Positions 13,000 through 23,689 of a stretch of 64,000 nt of DNA are shown one piece after another. Each line of letters starts with the position of its first letter. The stretch's first letter is position 1. The position numbers were made by a program, and so were the translations under genes. Under the pieces are notes generated by a model. The model had not been told where the DNA came from. It worked only from the letters and a program-made list of their open reading frames with translations, and ran no database searches. This DNA comes from Neophaeotheca triangularis (Eukaryota), in NCBI GenBank assembly GCA_054600435.1, contig BAAIJX010000029.1:124001-188000 (forward strand), written 5' to 3'.

Positions 13000-13420
13000 G
13001 GTGTATTTTTGATTAGGTACCTTGTTGTGTACGCGACAGAGCGTGCGGTCGTACGAGATGAGGTTGAAGACTAAATGCGAATGGAAGGTGGCACCAGGGG
13101 GCTGAAGACATGTTTCCGGTGAGGAGGCGAGTTTGTATGTACATTTTGTCGCATTATCTGTCTGTTTGTAAAGAAAAGTAGCCGTCCAGGGGTCGGGAGG
13201 GAAAGCCCAAATGGTGGCAAAACAATGTAGCACAACCGGATCTAAGTGGAATAAGCACTTGTCCCAGATGTCAAAAGAAAATCTCAATGATTTGGCATTC
13301 TCCCACTACGAGAGTAGTAATGACTCCATGGAGCAATGCAATTTTTCGCTAATGGTACAACCTCACGCAAAACCTAAACCCATCCAAACCTCGACGAGAG
13401 AGAACTGAGAACCAAACCTT

Positions 13421-15133
13421 CTACAACTCATCATGCCCCTCATCCGTGTCCGGAACTCCCGTGCCCTCAGCCACAGGCTCCCCCTTCACAGTCTGCCCGT
13501 CCGGCCCCTCTCCCGCTTCCTCTTTCGCGACCTTCTCCTGCCCAGCCATCCCCTTCTCCGCAAAGGCATTCATCAACTTCTCCACGGCCGCATCGTCCAA
13601 CTCTTCCAAACCCTCCATTACCAGACCCTCGGGCAACTCGGCTTTAAGGCGCTCGAGCTCCTCTTCCGCAGTCCCGCGCTCGTATGTGGGGATTTCGGGT
13701 TTTTGCTCCAGATCCGCTTCGGGGTCGAGAGGGGGCAGCGAGTCATGGTCCGGCACCAGGGTTGAGGACTCGGGGAAAGGGGATTTTGCCAGGTCGCCCA
13801 TGCGAATGGCGTCGATCCAGTCTTCGAGGGCGGTCATGCCGTAGATAACTTCTGGAGCGCCGTTGGGGGTGGGGGTGTAGACGCGGTACCAGCCGCGTTT
13901 GGCATTGGTGGCGACAATTTCGATGTCGTTCGGGGAGAGGTTGAGCAAGGTGCGCAGGTCTTGGGCCAGGGGCACGGCGTCGGGGAGTTGGTAGAAAGGG
14001 AAGAGGTTGCGGTTTTGGGTTGTGTATTTGTGGTGGATGTCCGAGAGGCTGATAATAGCGGTGTTTTCGGCTTCGGTGGCTTCGCCGCTCGGGTGGAGTG
14101 CGAGGACGCAGGTTCCCGCGCGAGTGTTGAGGCAGGCATGGTGGAGGGCGTTGGTGCTGATCAAGGAGGCGATGGGTTTGGCTTGGCGGAGGTCGATGGG
14201 TTGGGAATGAGGGGACTGCGGGTCGGGCGAGGCCGTGGGGTTGGAGTCGTCTTCGAGACTTTCGGCGGTTTGGGAGGCAGCGGATGCCGCGGCTTCTGAG
14301 GAGGCGTGGGAGGCGGAAGTTTTGCTAAAGGCTGAGGAGGCGCTCTTGTCGCTCTTACTGCTCGAGGTTTTGGACTTCTTTGGCGCAGGATCGGGGTTAG
14401 GGGTCGCGGCTTGAGTGAGGAAGGAGACCATAGCTTCTTTCTTCATCTCACCATCGTAAGTGATGGGGTCTTTGTCGCCGCCGGGGAGGAGAACAAGGGC
14501 TGGGTATTTTTCTACGCCAAAAACCTGGACGGCTTGCCTTTCTGTCTTTCTGATTTGAGCCACGTCTATGCTGCCGAGGAAATCTATGGCGATGGACTTG
14601 AGGAGCGCGCTCGCTGCCCCTTTCTCGCTAAAAAGTATTGCTTTCGGACCATCACCCTCCAAAAAACTCTCGAAATCGCCGTCCTTGACCTTTTTGACGT
14701 GGTTTGGGATTTTGTCGACGACCGAATCCACAATGGCTTTAGCTGTCCTCTGCCCCTGGTAATCCTCGACAATCGGCTTCCCAGGCTTCTTCCCAGGCTT
14801 TACGATCTTCAGCGTGGGGAATCCCTTGACATCCATCTGCCCGCAGAACGGCTTGTTCATCTCTTCATCGCAATTGACGGCGGCAACTTTGGCCAGACCT
14901 TTGAGGTTCTTGGCCGCTTTCTCGTAGGCGGGTTTGAGGTTCTGGCAGTGGCCGCACCATGGCGCGTAGAACTCGACTATGCTGGTATAGTTTGATTTGG
15001 CAATGAGGTTTTGGTAGTTGCTCCCGTCGACGTTCAGGACGCCGCTGTCTTTGCCATAGATGCCGGCGGTCAGGGCGGAGGGGAGAAGGAGAAGGGATGC
15101 CGCAGCTGCGGTTAGGGTGTGGGCGTGCACCAT
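13421..15133 (-). CDS. MPD1: ER protein disulfide isomerase-related protein (Mpd1/PrpA-like)
   Basis: Signal peptide, thioredoxin motif VEFYAPWCGHC, GFPTLK, and a C-terminal HDEL ER-retention signal. Confidence 0.9.
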   Translation of the reverse strand: MVHAHTLTAAAASLLLLPSALTAGIYGKDSGVLNVDGSNYQNLIAKSNYTSIVEFYAPWCGHCQNLKPAYEKAAKNLKGLAKVAAVNCDEEMNKPFCGQMDVKGFPTLKIVKPGKKPGKPIVEDYQGQRTAKAIVDSVVDKIPNHVKKVKDGDFESFLEGDGPKAILFSEKGAASALLKSIAIDFLGSIDVAQIRKTERQAVQVFGVEKYPALVLLPGGDKDPITYDGEMKKEAMVSFLTQAATPNPDPAPKKSKTSSSKSDKSASSAFSKTSASHASSEAAASAASQTAESLEDDSNPTASPDPQSPHSQPIDLRQAKPIASLISTNALHHACLNTRAGTCVLALHPSGEATEAENTAIISLSDIHHKYTTQNRNLFPFYQLPDAVPLAQDLRTLLNLSPNDIEIVATNAKRGWYRVYTPTPNGAPEVIYGMTALEDWIDAIRMGDLAKSPFPESSTLVPDHDSLPPLDPEADLEQKPEIPTYERGTAEEELERLKAELPEGLVMEGLEELDDAAVEKLMNAFAEKGMAGQEKVAKEEAGEGPDGQTVKGEPVAEGTGVPDTDEGHDEL

Positions 15134-15490
15134 GTTGCGTGGAGGTGAAAGGGAGTGAGGTTGATGCCGACTTCGACTTGAGGGATGTGAAGCATCCAGG
15201 GGGTTGTGGTAGTGTGGATACGGAATACTATTATATGTTTCTTATGGCAACTTGTCCACTTCCCTAACAGGACATGTCCAGGCGAGACTCGAGCATGTGA
15301 GGCTGAGGATGCTTTGGCTTTGTGGGGAAGAGCTGGCATCCCTGCATTCCAACGAGCCGAGCCACCTGCGTCCTCCCCACTTTGCGTATACCGCACTGCT
15401 GCCTGCGACATGACTTCCTAAAACATTCGTAGCGTTCCTTTTGTTCGGCAACCTCTTTGCAAGCTACTGATCACAACACTCTTACCCACC

Positions 15491-16831
15491 ATGGCGGCAA
15501 CGGTCCCAGCCAGCCTCAAGACAGCTGACATTCAGCGCTTCGCGACTAGAGCAGCACAGCTCGAGAAGTTCAGGCCCATCGTCTCATATTGGTGTACGTA
15601 CCTGAACTCAAAATACGAAGGGACTCAAAAGCTAACGTATGAGGCAGGCAACTATTACATCGTCCAGAAGATCCTCGGCGCCTCGCTGCACACCTCAAGC
15701 GACGAAGCAATGACCTACACCACCACCCTTATGGACAAGCTCGAGACCGCCAAAAGCGGCAACGCCGAAGACGCTATCCTCGACGATGTTGCTGCCAAAG
15801 CATACATTGAGAACTTTGCCCTCGAAACATTTCAGCGTGCCGACAATGCGCAAACGAACAATCAGGTGACGAAGCAAACGGCAGACACTTTCCAGGCAGC
15901 TATCACTTTCATAGACCTGATGACTATATGGGGCCCGCTGGATCAAGAGTTGAGTGCCAAGAGCAAGTTTGCAAAGTTTCATGCCGTTAGAATTGTGAAA
16001 GCGATCATGGCGGGTCAGGATCCCAATGAGACGAACCCGAAGGTTGAGCCACCGCCCCAACAGCCTACGGTTGAGGATGGAGATGAGCTTGATGTCGAGA
16101 TGGCGGGGATGGAGAACGATGCAAGAAATGCCAGTGGAAGCGAAGGCAATCTAGACGTCTACCATCCGCCTACCGTGGAAAGTGCGCCTGAGAGCAAGCA
16201 ACCCTCGAGACCGGGCTCGACCGCTCCACCGATCCTGCCAGTCGCTTCTCCCAACACAGGAACTGTCTCTACCAATACCGCCCAAGGTATCTCGCCAGTG
16301 GGCTCCGCAGACGACCGCCAGGGCTCCATCGGCGGCGGCTACTTCCCATCAGTCCCAGCCTCCACTTCCACCTACAACACCGCAACCTCGCAGCAGCAAA
16401 GCCCCGACGCCGGGGACACCACTATGCCCTTTCTACCCGATCAGCCCGCGGCTCTCAGCCCGCCCACCGCCCCGCCGAGCGACCAACAGCCTTTCTCGCC
16501 CTCAGACTTCTACAACACTCCCGCCCCCCAACTCCCGCCCTCAGCTCCCGCTTCGCACCCAGCACCAACAGAACGCCCCCATCGCCCGCCACCTGAGCAA
16601 GCCATGGCGCAACCAACACCACACCCCATCTCCCAGCAGCAAACACCCGCACCCGCACCCGCAGCACAAGTCCAAGGTCCGCCGCCACCGGGAGGCTATC
16701 GCACGGATGATGATTCCACCATGGCGGCGCAGAAACACGCCAAGTGGGCGATTTCCGCTCTGAATTTCGAGGACGTGGGTACGGCTGTCAAGGAGCTGAG
16801 GCTTGCGTTGGAGAGTCTGGGAGCAAGTTGA
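15491..16831 (+). CDS. VTA1: ESCRT/Vps4 cofactor Vta1; 54-nt in-frame intron 15594-15647
   Basis: N-terminal MIT-like region (RPIVSYWCNYY after splicing; KSKFAKFHAVRIVKAI...G.DPN) and C-terminal VSL motif AQKHAKWAISALNFEDV.TAVKELRLAL. Confidence 0.92.
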   Translation: MAATVPASLKTADIQRFATRAAQLEKFRPIVSYWCTYLNSKYEGTQKLTYEAGNYYIVQKILGASLHTSSDEAMTYTTTLMDKLETAKSGNAEDAILDDVAAKAYIENFALETFQRADNAQTNNQVTKQTADTFQAAITFIDLMTIWGPLDQELSAKSKFAKFHAVRIVKAIMAGQDPNETNPKVEPPPQQPTVEDGDELDVEMAGMENDARNASGSEGNLDVYHPPTVESAPESKQPSRPGSTAPPILPVASPNTGTVSTNTAQGISPVGSADDRQGSIGGGYFPSVPASTSTYNTATSQQQSPDAGDTTMPFLPDQPAALSPPTAPPSDQQPFSPSDFYNTPAPQLPPSAPASHPAPTERPHRPPPEQAMAQPTPHPISQQQTPAPAPAAQVQGPPPPGGYRTDDDSTMAAQKHAKWAISALNFEDVGTAVKELRLALESLGAS

Positions 16832-17507
16832 TGGTTTCCGCAGGTACAAGAAATAATGAATTGGTAATAGTGTGCGCTTTGTGTAGTGATACCCGTACTT
16901 TTGTGTACTTTACTTGAGGTGGCACCATGCGTGCGCCACAGATACTTTTTATGGGCGAGCTTTGATGTAATGCTTAGTGTATGAGAGGTTTGTGAGGAAG
17001 GTTGCTGGCTGAAGCCTCGTTCCCATAAACTCGAATCGTTCTTTCAAACCATACGGTATCCCCACAACATTAGGCAATGGAAGAGAAAATTGGATGCCTC
17101 GCGATGCTTGCGTACCCAGTTGACGCGAAGGTGTGGCGCGGTTTATGCCAAGCATCATGACGCTGCATAGGGCAGCGAGCAGATCCGACTCTCCGACGTC
17201 CATGTACGCATCGCATGCTCTGGCTGTTCTCACGTCGCTGTTGTTGTACTGACTTCACTTCTCAGCTACTACAAGATCCCGGCATTGTCTTTTCCGACTA
17301 CCAGTCAATCCTCACATGCCCTTCACCTGACTACTCTCGCTCCTTCACTGCCCCTCTCACCGCTCCACGTCTATACCAATAGTTCTGCGATCGTGCTTGG
17401 GACGGGAAACACTGCGTGAAGCTATCCGACTCTTAACTACAGCAATCTGGCGACTTGAGCAAGAGCAAGCCCAGTAGAAGGGCTGAAAACCTCAGTGACC
17501 CGCAGAC

Positions 17508-20500
17508 ATGGTAGGCTGCCACTGCTTCACCCTCGACGAGCTCGAAGCACATATTAACCCACTGCAGGCCGTGACCAAGCGCGCGGGGCGCAAGAAGGAT
17601 GCTGGACAAGGGCAACAAGGCGCAGGAGGGCAGCCGCAAATACGCAAAGCCGCTTACGAGACGTCCAAGAAGAAGGAGGTGGGAGTCTCGGACTTGACAC
17701 TCATCAGCAAAATCTCCAACGAGGCAATCAACGAGAACCTCAAGCTGCGATTCGAGAATGGTGAAATTTATACCTACATTGGCCACGTGCTGGTCTCCGT
17801 CAATCCGTTCCGCGATCTGGGCATCTACACCGATCAAGTGCTCGACAGCTACCGGGGGAAGAACAGGCTCGAGGTGCCGCCGCACGTCTTCGCCATCGCG
17901 GAGTCGGCCTACTACAATATGAAAGCGTACAACGAAAACCAATGCGTCATCATCTCCGGCGAGTCGGGCGCGGGCAAGACGGAAGCCGCGAAGAGGCTGA
18001 TGCAATACATCGCAAATGTCTCCGGGGGCGGTAACAGCTCGATTCAAGAGATCAAGAACATGGTGTTGGCGACGAACCCGCTGCTGGAGTCCTTTGGTAA
18101 CGCGAAGACGCTGAGAAACAACAACTCGTCGCGCTTTGGCAAATACCTGGAGATACAGTTCAACGCGCAAGGCGAGCCCGTGGGTGCGAATATCAACAAT
18201 TATCTTTTGGAGAAGAGCAGGGTTGTCAGCCAGATCAAGGATGAGAGGAACTTCCATATTTTCTACCAGTTTACCAAGGCTGCGAGTCAGGAGCACCGGA
18301 CGAACTTTGGCGTGCAGCAGCCTACTACTTACTCATACACGGCGAAGAGTAAGTGTTATGATGTCAAGGGGATTGATGATACGAAGGAGTTCCAGGACAC
18401 TCTCAACGCAATGAAGGTCATTGGTATGACCGCGGCTGAACAAAACGACGTTTTCCGAATGCTGGCTGCCATTCTATGGGCGGGAAATATTACCTTTGCG
18501 GAAAACGATGAAGGCAATGCCGCAGTTTACGACCAATCTGTGGTGGACTTTGTCGCGTATTTGCTGGAAGTCGAGTCTGCGGATGTCAACAAAGCCGTGA
18601 CTTCAAGGACCGTCGAGACGAGCCGAGGCGGCAGAAGGGGGTCTGTTTATGACGTTCCGTTGAACATTGCGCAAGCCATGTCAGTGAGAGATGCGCTGAG
18701 CAAGGCCATCTACAACAACATGTTCGACTGGCTGGTGCAACGTGTAAACCAGTCCCTGGCGGCGCGCGGCGCTCAAGCGCACAGCATTGGTATTCTGGAC
18801 ATCTACGGCTTTGAGATCTTCGACCGTAACTCGTTTGAGCAGCTGTGCATCAACTACGTCAACGAGAAATTGCAGCAAATCTTCATCCAGCTTACGCTGA
18901 AGACGGAGCAGGAGGAGTATGAGCGCGAGCAGATCCAATGGACGCCGATCAAGTACTTTGACAACAAGGTCGTCTGCGAGCTAATTGAGGAGAAGAGGCC
19001 GCCTGGTGTCTTTGCCGCGCTTAACGATGCTTGCGCGACCGCGCACGCGGATCCTTCGGCGGCTGATCAGACGTTCGTGCAGAGATTGAATGGTCTTTCC
19101 AATCCCAATTTTGCGCCGAGACAGGGGCAATTCATTATCAAGCATTACGCTGGTGACGTCAACTACGCTGTCGACGGCATGACGGACAAGAACAAGGACC
19201 AGCTGCTCAAGGATCTTCTGAACCTCGTAGGCCGAAGTACCAACAACTTCGTCCAGACGCTTTTCCCCGAACAAGTGGACCAGGACAACAAGCGCCGGCC
19301 ACCGACCGCCGGTGACAAAATCAAAGCTTCGGCCAACGACCTCGTCTCCACTCTCATGAAAGCAAGCCCCAGCTACATTCGCACCATCAAGCCCAACGAG
19401 AATAAAAGCCCCACCGAATACAACTCCCCTAACGTCCTGCACCAAATCAAATATCTCGGTCTTCAGGAGAACGTCCGCATCCGTCGCGCAGGTTTCGCCT
19501 ACCGATCAACTTTCGAACGTTTTGTCGAGCGCTTCTACCTCCTCTCGCCCAAATGCAGTTACGCGGGAGAGTACACCTGGACGGGCGACGCCAAGTCGGG
19601 TGTCAAACAGATTCTCAAGGATACGTCGATACCACCAGAAGAGTGGCAAATGGGTGTCACGAAGGCTTTCATCAAGACGCCTGAGACGCTCTTTGCGCTC
19701 GAGACGATGAGAGATCGCTACTGGCACAACATGGCTATCCGTATACAGCGTGCTTGGCGAAACTATCTACGCTACAGGATTGAGTGTGCGACAAGGATTC
19801 AGCGCTTCTGGCGGAAGATGAATGGCGGTGAGGAATTTTTGGTGCTCAGAGATCAAGGGCACAAGATGCTCGGGGGCCGGAAAGAGAGGAGAAGGTATTC
19901 GCTTGTCGGGTACAGACGCTTCCTTGGTGACTACCTTGGTATCGACAACCAGGGCGGTCCCGGGGCAATGCTACGCAGTAACGGCGGTATCAGCTCTGGT
20001 GAGAGAACATACTTCTCATGCAGAGCCGAGACGTTGGTTTCGAAACTCGGTCGGTCGAGCAAGCCGGAGCCAAGGGTGTTGGTCCTTACGAACAAGAATA
20101 TCTACATCATCAAGCAAGCCATGGTGGGCGGACAGCTGCAAATTTCCTCGGAACGAACGATCCCCGTCGGCGCCGTCAAGTTTATCAGCTGCAGCAACCT
20201 CAAAGACGACTGGTTCTCCATCGGTGCCGGCTCGCCCTCGGAGCCCGACCCTCTCCTCAATTGCATCTTCAAGACCGAATTCTTCACCCAACTTCAACAA
20301 ATTACCCGTGGTGCCACACAACTTCAAATCGGCGAGGCCATCCAATACAACAAGAAACCCGGCAAGCCCGCCACGGTCAAAGCCGTCAAGGACTCGCAAG
20401 CGGGCAAGAACGACCTCTACAAGTCTGGACAAGTCCACACCTCTCCCGGCGAGCCGCCTAACTCCGTCTCGAAGCCTACCCCAAAGGGCAAACAGAAACC

Positions 20501-21430
20501 CGCCAAAGCTATCACGAGCGGCAAACTGCTCAAGAAGAGCGAAGGCGGCAAGCTCTCCTCGCAAGCCCGGCCGCCGCCTCAGCAACGCCCCGTCCCGCAG
20601 GCGCAACCCTTGCCGGGCTCAGGGGGCCAGACGGCCGCCCCGAAAACCCAAGACCGTACCGTTCCCGTCCCCCAACCGGCGGGCGCGCTCATGAATGGCG
20701 CCGCCCACGCTCCGAGTGGAAGTAGCAGTGCCCCAGGCCATGCGCGCAATACGAGCACGGCTTCGAACCGCGCTCCTCCACCTCCACCACCCGCCCCAGC
20801 CGCGGCCGCGACCCCTCCCGCCCCACCCAGGGACCCGCAATTCAAGGCCCTCTACGAATTCAACGGCCAAACGAGCGGCGAGCTAAGTATCAAAAAGGAC
20901 GAAATCATCGTCGTGACCCAAAAAGAAAACAACGGTAAGTCTGACCATCCAACCCCCATCAAAACTTAACCTTTCAAAAGACCCCCCCACTAACCTCCCT
21001 CTCCAAAACAGGCTGGTGGTTAGCCCGCCGCCTCGACCACAGCGCCAGCGGCTGGACCCCCGCCGCCTACCTCGAAGAACTCAAAGTTGCGCCCCCACCC
21101 CCTCCGCCCCAGCCCACCCAACACTCCCGCCCACCACCGCCCCCCGCGCCGGCGGCCTCAAGCTCCACGCCGGCAGCAAGATCCAATGGCTCGCCCGCTC
21201 CCGGTGCTGGCAAACCCACGCCTCCCGCCCCGCCGGCTAAACGGCCTGCGGGTTCAGGCGGCAGGAAGCCTGCGCCTCCTGCGCCACCTGCCAGGGACTC
21301 GGGGCATGGGGGCAGTGGTCAGGGGGGTGGGGAGAGTGGCGGTGGGGGTGGTTTGGCGGGCGGTCTGGCGGATGCTTTGAGGAAAAGGCAGCAGGCTATG
21401 AGTGGGGGCCAGGGGCAGGATGATTGGTAG
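17508..21430 (+). CDS. myoA: Class I myosin (MyoA/Myo3/5); introns 17511-17567 and 20935-21011
   Basis: P-loop [34 protein letters not shown] motifs and TH1 domain. The SH3 domain (ALYEF...ENNGWW) is split by intron 2. The acidic tail ends in DDW-stop at 21428-21430. Confidence 0.96.
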
Positions 21431-23167
21431 AGTTTGGGGAGATGTGGATGGGGATGGATGGCAAGAGGGAAGGGAAAAAGCTGTGCTAGGCTGTTGAGTG
21501 GGCTTGGAGGGAGTGGATTGGGATAGAGGAGGGGGAATGCGATGGGATCTTCGATGGAGAGTGTTGTTGTCTTTTATGAACACGAAGATGATGGATTTCT
21601 GCCCGGTGTTGATCAGAAGATGCTGACGAGGATGGCAGACACGCCGCTCAGACGCAAGTTTGTTTTTAGATATGTACCCGTTCGGCCTTTTGAAGCTGTG
21701 TATTTGATGCCATCCTTCCTGACGAGCGATACCTCCGCGGGCCCGAAAGTCTGACCGCCTTGGCGTTTTGGTATAGGCTTCATATACATACAATCAACTT
21801 TAAACACTCATATCTCTATCAAACAATGTCTGAATACACTCCAAAAAAGCGCGCACGCATCGCACAATACCGCTTTGTCGATAGGTTACCATTCCCAGAG
21901 ATTGCACGCAAAGTCGATGGCATAACTCTAGCAGGCGCACGTACGGTATGTCGAAGGGCTTTATAGCGCGCCGGATCAAATAACATCGATAAGGTCCTTC
22001 AAAACATTCATTCTGCACATAGGTCTAGTGCTCCTAGGCGTGTAGAACTAGGGAGTAATCTTTCCGTACGGATCCGACAACGTATACGCGGTCTAGACTA
22101 GGGTCAAGATTAGATAGAGTCTGCTAACCGAACGTTTCATACGACGCGATCTTAGTACTACCCAAACCATATACAACTAACTAAAGATCTTTATAGAACA
22201 CAAATTCAGAACATCCGGCTCTCGGCAAACCATTATAAAGGAGATACAATTAATTCGAAGCGGATTAAACGAAATAGAGGCCTTAAAAAGACACCTCTCG
22301 AAAAGCTAGATTTTAGGCATAGGAAACAGGCAATTAAGACAATTTTGAGCTATAGACAGGATAAGGTGCTTCTCGTATGTATAGACGAGACTGTTATAGG
22401 GTTTGGAGGCTCTCTAACTAGTTATAGCTAACGGCATTATAATATGAGCGTACCGGAGGGTACATTAAAAATCGTCTTAAAGAGCATAGATTTCAAATTT
22501 ACTAAGATGTAATAGGCGGCTGCCTATACTGACACAAGGGTAACACGACCTTATTTAATCTAGATACTAGAGGATGAGATTACTCTAGAGGAACTAAAGA
22601 ACAGACTAGACGAGTCAAACTATCAAATGCGTCAAAAGGTCGAGTAGTAAAGAGCATAGTCAAAAATCCCTAGCATACCCGAATGATAACATCTAGCTAT
22701 ATTGAATTGCTAGGTAATAGAGCATAATAATGCCCTTCCCCTAGGCTAAAAGAGATACTCTAAAAAGCAGTTTACACCGGAGAGAGCATTCAAAACGAAG
22801 GATGTTACTAGAGCTAATCATAAGGGTAGACTAGACCATGTCTACTATGCCTTCAAGGTGTACTAGGACCTATTACTTCTATATATCTAGTAGCTTAAGG
22901 CCCTTAACCCTAGTAAGAGAGTCATTATTACTAAAGACAATGTATTACTACACTATAAGGCTAGGGGGTTACTTACTCTAGAAATAGAGCAGCTTAGTGT
23001 TAAGTTTTTTGACAGGCTAGCTAACTTACATGACCTCTACCCTATTAAGTACCTTTATAAGGATTAGAAGAAGGAGCTTAATAAGTATCGGTTTACTGTA
23101 AAAGGCACAGGCCGTGCTATACAGTATAAAGTAGAAGGTTATATAGTAAGGGTTTGGCAGAGATTAG

Positions 23168-23649
23168 TGTTACGAACACTACGCTGCGCCTAGCGTACAA
23201 TAAGGAATGCTTAGTGGAACCTACGGTCACGGGACAGAGCATATTCAGGTCACGTGACGAGCTTACCTCTGCTTAGTGCTTACCTTTAACTAAGCACTAC
23301 TAAGCAACAGAGTAGTGCTTACCTCTGCTTAGTGCTCACCTTTAACTAAGCACTACTGAGCAATAGAGTAGTGCTCACCTCTGCTTAGTGCTCACCTTTA
23401 ACTAAGCACTACGGAGCGACAGATTATAACGATTAGAGACACGAATCTCCTTTGTATTTAGGTAGCGACATTTCCTAGATAGAGATTTGTGTTTAACTTA
23501 TGTTACAATCTTACTGAAAGGTCTATAGCGACACTTCACGTATCTTTGAAATCCTTACGATAAAGGAAACACCCTTGCTAGCCTTCTTCGATATCTCTCC
23601 TCTTCCGCTACGAGCTCTACCCGTAAGACTACCTTGTAGGATCGCAATA
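23168..23649 (+). repeat. 5' LTR (TGTTACG...GCAATA; terminal CA changed to TA)
   Basis: Aligns end to end with 29955-30436. The differences I compared are C/T or G/A transitions. Confidence 0.96.
23261..23423 (+). repeat. Three tandem 56-bp units inside the 5' LTR
   Basis: Units start at 23261, 23317 and 23373 (GCTYACCTCTGCTTAGTGCTYACCTTTAACTAAGCACTAC...). Confidence 0.92.
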
Positions 23650-23689
23650 CTTTAAACACCCTCTAGGAAAGAGAGATTAATAGGCAAGT

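Noticed and set aside
21542..21731. Short ORF running into the left TIR, suggesting a host gene split by the transposon
   Set aside because: Rejoining across the TA site gives a stop after about 10 more codons and no recognisable product.
23261..23423. CRISPR-like appearance of the LTR array and the 15-bp GH16 repeat
   Set aside because: Head-to-tail tandem units with no unique spacers, no cas genes and a eukaryotic context.
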